From NCBI GenBank assembly GCA_013265495.1, contig MU060667.1, positions 3,856,366 to 3,920,365 of the forward strand: DNA of 64,000 bases, written 5' to 3'. The notes under the pieces were generated by a model. That model was given only the letters and a program-made list of their open reading frames with translations. It was not told the origin of the DNA and did not search any database. Both the position numbers and the translations under genes were made by a program. Positions 55,201-64,000 of the stretch are shown piece after piece. Each line of letters opens with the position of its first letter. Positions within the stretch are counted from its first letter, which is position 1. This stretch comes from Vicugna vicugna (taxonomy: Eukaryota).

Positions 55201-55370
55201 TTATTTTTCAGAAACTACTTTAAACAGTTTAATCACAATTTGTAATAATGCAATTGAAAATATTTTATGCTTTTATCTGCTCTTCAACTTTGAAAGTAAA
55301 ATATCAGGTATTTTTGACTCTATTTTATAAGACGGAATCAAGGATAAGTCAGTTTAAATAAGAAGCCCAT

Positions 55371-56024
55371 CATATACCTGGAGAAAACTCTAATTCAAAA
55401 AGACACATACTCCCCAATGTTCATAGCAGCAATATTTACAATAGCCAAAACATGGAAGCAGCCTAAATGTCCATCAACAGATGACTGGATAAATAAGATG
55501 TGAGATATAGATATATATACACACATACACACACACAACATATATACACATATACGTATACACACACACACAATGGAATACTACTCAGCGATAACAAAGA
55601 ATGAAATTATGCCATTTGCAGTAACATAGATGAACCTAGAGATGATCATACTAAGTGAAGTAAATAAGACAAAGACAAATATCAAATGATATCACTTATA
55701 TGTGGTAGATTCTAATGACACAGATGAACTTATTTTCAAAACAGAAACAAACTCACAGACATAGAAAACAAACTGATGGTTACCAAAAGAGAAAAGAGGG
55801 GAGGGATAAACTGGGAGTTTCAGATTAGCAGATACAAACTATTACATATAAAATAGATAAACAACAAGGTTCTACTGTATAGCACAGGGAATATATTCAA
55901 TAACTTATAATAACCTATAATGAAAAAGAGTATGTATAACTGAATCACTATGCTGTACACTAGAAACTAAAATAACATTGCCAATCAACTTTAATTTTTT
56001 TTTAATTTTAAACAAAGTAAAATA
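55371..56024 (+). mobile_element. 5'-truncated L1 (ORF2 end plus 3'UTR) with internal TA/CA microsatellite
   Basis: AATGTTCATAGCAGCAATATTTACAATAGCCAAAACATGGAAGCAGCCTAAATGTCCATCAACAGATG; TSD AAATAAGAAGCCCAT/AAATAAATAGCCCAT. Confidence 0.93.
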
Positions 56025-56674
56025 AAATAAATAGCCCATGTTCAAACAGCTGGTAATGAATCTTAATCACATTGTTTAATCTAAAAATCAAATGTACTCT
56101 CCAAATACCATACCACTTTACATGTCAGATTAATGTACTAATAATCTTATATAAAGAAAATGAGAAGTCTAAACCAAACACCAAAGCTAAAAAAAAAACA
56201 ACTGTAGAAATTCTCAGGAGAAGTTTAAGTCACTAAAGTAGCAGATGATGCATTTCAGCCCTGATCCAGGTTAAAAATGAGGAAGTATCTATAACCTTTT
56301 TTTCCTTTTAACCTCCAACACATCTTGAAGAGTGAAAATCTATCATCTTACAGTTTACTGAGAAGACTGTTACGTTTTCTCTCACTGAATGAGGCAGGAT
56401 TGAGAGCCATAGACCTGGGGATATTTTTTTAAAATAATTCTTAGAGAAAGAAAAAGAATCCAATAAGAAGCTAATGATAGGTGGAGGCAAGTTTTTGGCA
56501 CAGGGGTGGATATAAGGTGATTGGGCTTGAAGAAACAGGATAGAAGAGAGAAACTTGAATGAAATCTGACTAAAATATAGGGAGGAAATTTCCTTGAATT
56601 ATGGGGAGAAAATCAATTCAGATCTCAATTTATATCTTTCGCTCCTAATTTATTGTGTCAAAATCTGTAATGCT

Positions 56675-57169
56675 CCTGGTAAGCAGAATAACAGTACCCT
56701 CAAACACCCATGTCATCATCCCCAGAAGCTGTGAATTAATATGCTATCTTACTTGGCAAAAGGGGCTTTGGAAATGAGACTAAATGTCTGGACCTTGAGA
56801 AGGGAAGATTATACTGGATTATCCAGTTGGGCCAAATTTAATCACGTTGAGTCCTTAAAAGCAGAGGGACATCCAGGCTGGGTCTGAGAGGGAGATGTAA
56901 CTATGGAAGAAGAATCAGAGAGCTGCAACTTTGCTGGCTTTCAAGACGGTGGAAGGGGTCATGAGCCATGGAGGAATGTGGATGCCCTCTAAAAGACTGA
57001 AATAGTCAGAGATTCTCCCCTAACACCTCCAGAAACAAACACAGCCCTACGGACAACGTGAGCCATGTCAGATTTCTAACATTCAGAACTGCGAGGTATT
57101 AAATTTGTGTTGCTTGTAAGCCACCACATTTGTGGTAATTTGTTATGGCGGCCATAGAAAATGGATACA
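56675..57169 (+). mobile_element. MLT1D-like MaLR solo LTR
   Basis: GGTAAGCAGAATAA...GACCTTGAGAAGGGAAGATTATACTGGATTATCCAG...TTTGTGGTAATTTGTTATGGCGGCCATAGAAAATGGATACA. Confidence 0.88.
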
Positions 57170-57693
57170 AGTTTGTCTGTCTTCATCCAGCCTGCGTTGT
57201 GGTCTCCTACCACCTACAGCAGCAGTCTTTCATGACAGCTTTGGGAACACTCTCCCCTTTGATAATGTGAGGACAGTTCCAGATTCAAAATGGAATACAT
57301 TATTTTAGGGAGAATGTGGATGCCAGCACAAGAATCCTATCCTATGGAGGAGGAAAGGGGGAAGCGTTGCTGGGAAAACAAACAGATGGAGGTCAGAGAA
57401 GACATAGAAATAAATAAGCCCAATGAGAAGAATATGTGCGATTAAAAAAAAAGACATGTTTGTGAATGATCATATGGAGAGAGTCATCTTAAGACCCTAG
57501 GAATAAATTAAATTGTGTAATAAATTCTCTTACAAAGAGAAACACCACTTTTTGGAAAAGATAAGGTACTTTTGGCAATCCAATCCATCCATTGCATGAA
57601 GAGGTCCTATATTTTTTATATTTACTATAGTAAATATAAAAAGCAATTAGCTGTAGGCCACTAAACTTTAAGTCAGCTTTCTTAGATACCAGC

Positions 57694-57906
57694 TCCCTAT
57701 ATATTTTTAAAATTTTCCTTCTAGTTTTATTGAGATGTAATTGATATATGCCACTGTAAATAGATATATATATTTTGTTTGTTTGTTTTTGAGGAGGAAG
57801 GTAATTAGGTTTTATTTTCTTTTTTTGATGGAGGTACTGGGGATCGAACCCAGGAGATTATGCTTGCGAGGCACACACTCTACCACTGAGCTATACCCTC
57901 CTTCCC
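57694..57906 (-). mobile_element. Camelid-type SINE (57772-57906) plus L1-like 3' tail within one TSD pair
   Basis: 14-bp perfect TSD TCTTAGATACCAGC at 57680-93 and 57907-20. Confidence 0.88.
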
Positions 57907-58414
57907 TCTTAGATACCAGCACCTCATGATATGCAGATTTCAATATATCATGAATAGCTGTTATGAGTTTAAAAATTTTTGATATCATACAACCACAAAG
58001 CAGCCTAAATCAGCATTACATGTGTTCTATTTCTCCCCAAATCCAGAACACATGGACAAATGTTATTAATTCCCATAGCATTGAACAATGATAAAAAATT
58101 GTATCTACCAATGGGAAAGTAAACTTCATTAATATTTCAAATGTCATTGTTTATTTATCAAAATTTCTCTATATTTCTTACAACCTTCTGTGAATTTTTT
58201 TTCAGAGAGGTATTTTCTGTGTTAATGGATATGATTCATACATATGGTTCATACACTGAGTTTGAGATATTGTCAAGGGTTAGGTTAAAGATTTATGAAG
58301 CCATAAACTTGACATTGACACATTTCACTATATTTTTATTTTATATTGATATAAAGACAAAAAGATAAAGGTAAGAAAAAAATTACCATTAGACAATAAT
58401 GGAGAGAATGACAT

Positions 58415-58495
58415 TTCAGTTACAACCCTCCCCTCTGACACAGCCCCTCCCCCAAACACTGACTGGATAACTGACCAATCCAGGACGTCAGTTGC
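58415..58495 (+). promoter_or_regulatory. Candidate promoter motif cluster upstream of the cTAGE-like copy
   Basis: GC-box-like GCCCCTCCCCC 58443-53, CCAAT 58475-79, CRE-like GACGTCA 58484-90, MYB-like CAGTTA 58417, TAACTG 58468 and CAGTTG 58489, all within ~80 bp and 100-180 bp before the ATG. Motifs only; no functional evidence. Confidence 0.35.
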
Positions 58496-58592
58496 TGGCT
58501 GGGTTCGAGATGGACTGTTGGGGTGTCCCCTGGGGCTTGCTGTGGCTGGTGGATCCACAGTAACTGGGCAGAGCCCTGAGTGGGTCAGTGCC

Positions 58593-59215
58593 ATGGAGGG
58601 GCTGCTGTCCTCTGTGGAGCTTGGCTCTAGGCTGATCCTTAGGAAGCTGAGTGCAGTCCTGGTGTTGCTGCTGCCCAGTGGCCTGTGTTCTCAGTTCACA
58701 TTCCAGAGCCTCCAATGGGAGACAGTGTTGAGTCTGCCTGTCCTCAGCTGATTAGTGGGTGTCTTATTTACTTTCAGATTTGTTCAGTCTGTTAGAAGTC
58801 ACCTTTATAGAAGACATGAAAAGCAGCTGGCAGAAACTCTGGCTGCACAGATTGAGGAGAAATGCCACCTCATTGACAAGTTTTGTGCTGCTAAAAAGGA
58901 GTATGCCAGGATGGAGACATCTGAACAGAATGCCAGGCTAAAGGAGTCAGTAAATATACCCAGCCTCGCTGACACTTTCAGAATGGTAATGAGTGTCAAC
59001 TTGAGTTTGAGGAAGGAACACAACTCTCTTGTCCAAGAACTAAAGAGAGATCCCTGCAGTCGAAATAAGAAGAGATGGTGGAGATGCTAAAATTGTACAA
59101 GTTCCTGGAAGAGGTCATGAGAGTCACCACATCACAAGGGGCTTTTACCACCAAGCCAGGAGACCAGGAGCCAAGCCCTGATGGTCCGTTTCCCAGGAGT
59201 GGGCCTGGGTATTAA
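58593..59215 (+). pseudogene. Intronless, disabled cTAGE/MIA2 (cTAGE5-like) family copy: N-terminal membrane segment plus first coiled coil
   Basis: gccATGG at 58593. Translation MEGLLSSVELGSRLILRKL...LQWETVLSLPVLS*LVGVLFTFRFVQSVRSHLYRRHEKQLAETLAAQIEEKCHLIDKFCAAKKEY...LVQELK parallels cTAGE5 as recalled (FPWELVI...FLWRSFRSVRSRLYVGREKKLA...LIEEKSKLLEKFSLVQKEY...LEKELK). Lesions: in-frame TGA 58749-51, frameshift ~59046, TAA 59066-68. Shifted frame ends at TAA 59213-15. No introns. Confidence 0.88.
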
Positions 59216-59659
59216 AACCGTGCTGTTCCCTCCCCTTGACTCAGGCCTCCCAAACTGCCAGTCTGCATTCACTCAGTCAGATCTCCACCTGAGCTGCACT
59301 GAGGCCAGTGGATGGAGGGGAAATCCCATCCTTTGGACCAGAGTTCCCCCAGCTTTACCATTGAACGTTTTCACAGTCAACTTCTCCATCTAAAATGTAT
59401 TGGAATTCCCAAATCACACCAAGAAATGTGGGACTTTCTCAATATTCACAGAATGCTTGGATTATCTCTAAGTAACAATGAAAGAAATGTATTTAAGAGA
59501 CTAAATTGTTACTCAGCTTGAATCTTCATTAAGCCACATTTCTCAAGATGGTTTTGGTAACTATTATACCTCAATTGTATAAGAGAACTGTATATATAGT
59601 TTTCTCTGTACAAATATTGCATTATAATTTGGTAACATATGTAGTTTATCATTATAGAC

Positions 59660-60650
59660 TTTTAGTTGGCCATAGCATTTTATCTTGTGCCTTGGCCTGG
59701 GAGATAGTCCTTTGCTGCCTCATATTGTTTATCTTTCTGTGTGTTTGTGGAATTCAATTCACATGCTTTGGGATTATTGTTCTCTTATTTCTGGTATCTA
59801 TCCCCTGGTGAATGAGGCTGGGCTAGAAGCTTATGCAGGTTTCCTGGCAGGAGGAGTCAGTGCCTGCCCACTGCTGGGTGAAGCTTGATCCTGGACTTCT
59901 GGTGGGTAGGGCTGTGTCTAGAGGCCTCTGTGGCTTAGGAAGTCTGATGATGGGTGTGGCTGTGTTCCCACCCTGTGTGTTGTTTGGCTTGAGGATTCCC
60001 TACAGGCTGTTGGGTGGGGCCAGGTCTTGGTGCTAATGATCCAGTCAAGATGTCAGCCTCCAAGAAAGCTCATGTAGATTAACACTCCCGGAATGTCCAC
60101 CGCCAGCTTTTATGTCCCCTGAGTGAGCCGCAGCCATCCCCGACATCCCCAGGAGACCTTCCAAATCCAGCAGGCGGGTCTGGCCCAGGTTCCTATGAAA
60201 TCACTGCCTCTGACCTTGGACCTGGTGCATCTGAGTTTCCCTGTACACCTCCCATGTGAATGGAGTCTCCATTTCCCCCTGTCCTGTGAGGCTCCCAGAG
60301 CCAAGCCACCCTGGCCTTCAAAACCAGATGTCCTGGGGTCTCCTTCTCTTCCTAATGCTGGGACCCAAGCTGAGGAGACTGATGTGGGGCTTAGAGCTCT
60401 CATCCCTGTGGGAGGGCCTCTGCAGCTTAACAAATCTTCACCTGTGGGGTATGGGGCCCAATTATATCGTAAGCACGTCCCTCCTACTGTCCTGATGTGG
60501 TTCCCTCTTTATGTTTCCAGTTGCAGAAGATCTTTTTTGCTAGGTTCCAGTCTTTTTTCAATGGTTGTTTAGCATTCAGTTGTGATTTCATTGTAGTCAC
60601 AAGGCGAGGCGAGCTCGTGGTCCTACCACTCCACCATCTTGAGTGGAAGA
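59660..60650 (-). mobile_element. L1 5'UTR plus first codons of ORF1 (3'-truncated)
   Basis: Minus strand starts near AAGATGGTGG (YY1-type L1 5' motif, ~60640), GC-rich UTR, then ATGAGGCAGCAAAGGACTATCTCCCAGGCCAAGGCACAAGATAAA (MRQQRTISQAKAQDK, ORF1-like). Confidence 0.85.
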
Positions 60651-62611
60651 TCCAACCTTGTGTGAATTTATATATATTAACACTTATACTGTCCTTGCTA
60701 ATTATATAGGATTATTCAAATAAAAATACAGGAATGTAAATAACACTTAGTCCACTTATAAATATAAATAATAATTTCCATAAACTTTCTAATATCTACT
60801 AACATATACATCTTCCAAAAAATAGTAATTACAGTGTTATATTTTGAAATCATTTCCCATGGCCTCACTTTCTGCAAAGAAAAGGATAGTTCTTGTTGAA
60901 TCATTCATTTTTATTTCTTAACTTTAATAGAAACTTTTTCAAGATAAGCATGCTGAAGTAACAAGTGATTTCTCATGAGAATTTTCAAATCAGGGAAGAG
61001 ACAGTATATGTTAAACATTTTATTAATGAATCAACTTGCAATGAATATACTTGAATTTGTTTTTTCACGGAATGATATCTGATAATTTGTTGCATTTTAT
61101 AAAACAGATCTTGAGTATACTTTAGGGACAGTATAAAGTAAAACTTGTTCATGCAAGGAACATTTTGCTGAAATTTAAAATAAAAGTCACTGAACTTGGA
61201 ATAGTAGGAAAGCTGGCAAGAAGATATCTTTGATGTGGCAATATAATATTGGGACAAAAACATTGGCCTGGTTAGACTTTCAAAGATTTGAAGGTGAAGG
61301 AAGATTGGAATTGCACATACTAATTTGGTTTAGAAAGCCTGGAGCAAATAAGGCCCTTCATGTTTAAATCCTAATTTTAAATTAGCAAAATGTTTCTTGT
61401 GAAGATAAAAGTAATTGGAGAATTTCTGCTTGTGCACTTGGAACTCAGACTCAGTATTTTGACCACTAGTTGATGATGGATTTTTTGTTGTTTTGGTTTG
61501 GCATAATATTACCAGGATTTGTGATTTTTGTTGTAATTATTCACTAGATGTGATGTTGGAAAAGACGTAACCACTGCTCCACAGCAAGGTACGTGACAAA
61601 GAATATCTGGCAATTTTTTATACTATTTCATTAAAGGAAATTATTATTTTAAATTTAGAAAAGTAACCTCTTGTCTTTGACTAATTATTTTCTTGCAAAT
61701 CTCAATCAGCTAGAAAGTATTTGGCACAAACTTTATAAGGACAGAAACTTTTCAAAGTATTTTTAAGTACTTTTTGTTTTACCTCCCAAAATATTGCATG
61801 TTGTCTTTAATATAGTAAGCCCAAAATAAATAAACAGTGACTAATATTTAAAAACAAAAATAATATAATGAAATTTATGCTTTTCCGCTGAAAATTCAAC
61901 CAGCTAATTCAATCTAATTATAGCACTGAAATATTTGTTGTTAGCAAAGTCAATGGACTTTTCTTTAAATGAGCAGACAAATTTGAGATTTGTATCACTA
62001 GTTTGTTTGTGAATTATGAAACTACAGAGATAGTCCAGGTAGAAAGATTGTTCTATATCAACAACCATTTGTCCTCAGGTACATTTATGTATCTATTTAT
62101 TCAACAGATACTTACCAAATGACTGCCACCAAAAGCAATGGAAGAAATTAATCAATAGGGAAATGTATTGGTCTGACTCAAGGTCATTTATTCATTCAAC
62201 AAACAATCCTAGCCAGGTAACACTGTCAGTCTCCAGAACAGTGAAAGGAGATAATAAATTTTTGGACTAAGTCACTAGGTTTTGGGGCTCAAAAACTAGT
62301 TTGCTGTGCAGTAACAAATAACAAATGCTTTTTAATGTTTTTAATGATACTCCTAATAAGAAAGAGCTAAATATATAATGAAATAATTCTGCTTTGTGAA
62401 TATTTGTATAACTATGTAGCCTCTACTTGATTAAATAGATATTTAGCATTCATGTCTGGGACAACTGAACTCTGAGCAAATGAACAGTGCTACCTTTGTC
62501 TCTTCCTTCAGGTAGGCTGGAAATAGTGAGATGAATTAGCTTTGGTATTCATAGCCCTAGCTGTCTTCTGAGACAAGACCTTATGTTTTGGGAGTAGGAA
62601 TAAATAAGGGG

Positions 62612-62768
62612 TCTTCTGGTTTCAGGTCCATCATGTAGTGAGGTTGGAAGTTGCCACTCCATCCTAAAAACATGTAAAAAGCTGAACAGACTGAAAAATC
62701 AATAGTTCTTAAAGCCGTAAGAGAGAGGAGGACATAGGAGAAACCACTGCCCCCAGTATTGGAGAGAT
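62612..62768 (+). mobile_element. Old L1M (L1MC/MD-type) 5' end fragment
   Basis: CTTCTGGTTTCAG...TTGGAAGTTGCCACTCC...AAAAGCTGAACAGACTGAAAAATCAA resembles recalled L1M 5'-end consensus. Confidence 0.6.
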
Positions 62769-62913
62769 GGGGGAGGGTATAGCTCAGAGGTAGAGCAGGT
62801 GCTTCGCCTGCTTGAGGTCCTGGGTTCAATCATGAATACCTCCACTAAATAAATAAATAAACAAACCAGATTACATCTCCCCTAAAATTAAAAAAAAAAT
62901 TAAAAAAATAAAA
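62769..62913 (+). mobile_element. Camelid-type SINE
   Basis: GGGGGAGGGTATAGCTCAGAGGTAGAG...GGTCCTGGGTTCAATC, A-rich tail. Confidence 0.92.
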
Positions 62914-64000
62914 AGCTGGAAGATATGAATCCCTTTCAATTATACCTGCTCCCTATAATCGTGGCAAATGGATAATAGGTGTTAATTGTTGGGCATTTTC
63001 AGCTTTTGAATGGTATTTCATTCATAGGTCTAGCCAGAAAATACTTAACACCTCACATACTTATTGTCATCAGTAGAGGGGGGTTGGTGTCGGGTGTGAT
63101 TGCTGGGGGTAGGGAGTTGCTGTTGTTTTCTGCTCTTGTTTTCTACATTATCTCATCCTCTTTCCACGTTAAATATAATTGTCTGGTTCTGCATTATGTG
63201 AGAAGAGATAAAGTAAGGATAAGAAAGTATGTAGCAGGTGATGGTGAGAAGCAGGGTAGTAGGCAAAGATTTGAGAGTAAGCAAAGAGAGGGGTTTGAGT
63301 TAGCAAATATTCACTTTAATCCTATTTCTTAGTTTTGGTTCCCAGTGTGGCCTGTGGCCCCACAAACTGCTGTGCCAATGAGAAAACAGAGAAATTGAGA
63401 GTAAGCCTTTAGAAACACATCATGATGACAGCCAAACGAACCTTCTTGTCCTACCAATTCTGATCTCTTTGGATGTGGCTGAATTTATCACATGAGCCTG
63501 AGAAGCAGGTATTGGTCTGGGATAAACTGGAAGCTTAAAAATTAAGAGCAAAAACAAAAAACTATCTTCCATCACAAAAAGCCCGAGAAACACTGTAGAA
63601 AACTTAACCTAAGAAGATAAAGGTCCCCTTTAGTAGGACCCAGGCCGACTCCTAAAGCAGCTTTAGTTTCAATAGTTTATGAAGTAGGTCCTATCTGCAT
63701 GGTTAAAAGGAACAACAAATAACAACAAACACCTCTATGTTTATACAGCTGGAAACCAAAGCCTGAGACTTAGTGCAAGATATATGTATATCTATGTATA
63801 CATAGCCATAATGATATCTAATTGTGGATAAAGAATAACAACTTGAATTTCAAACAACTAGAGAAATAGTTGAATAAAGAGTGGAACATTCTGTACCACA
63901 GGATATTGAGCAACTAGTGAAACATATACACATAGCTATTTCTGTATGTATTAAACTGGACAGGTATTCCTGATGTATGGATTTAAGTTACAGAGGACAA

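Noticed and set aside
60110..60572. 149-aa and 107-aa ORFs as genes
   Set aside because: They lie within the GC-rich L1 5'UTR and show no recognisable protein similarity.

Overview
AT-rich, CpG-depleted, repeat-dense mammalian genomic DNA. Six copies of a tRNA-Ala-like SINE (GGGGAGGGTATAGCTCAGTGGTAGAG...TCCTGGGTTCAATCCCCAGTACCTCC...AAACCTAATTACCTCCCC) point to a camelid genome (vic-1-type SINE; inferred). I found no intact protein-coding gene, CpG island, CRISPR array or prokaryotic feature, and nearly all listed ORFs are chance ORFs in repeats. The recognisable gene-derived sequences are an intronless, disabled, strongly diverged cTAGE/MIA2-family copy (58.6-59.2 kb) with a promoter-like motif cluster upstream, and a full-length U1 snRNA retrocopy (45.2 kb). 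The rest is about 15 ERV/MaLR LTRs (dense and nested at 17.9-32.3 kb), L1 pieces (one internally deleted, one 5'-only, one SINE-L1 tail chimera), old MER/MIR/L2 relics and several local duplications, including a hairpin-plus-direct-repeat template-switch scar at 36.2 kb. I cannot support a new biological system here. Repeat family names are from memory of consensus sequences, not a database search, and boundaries of old repeats are approximate.
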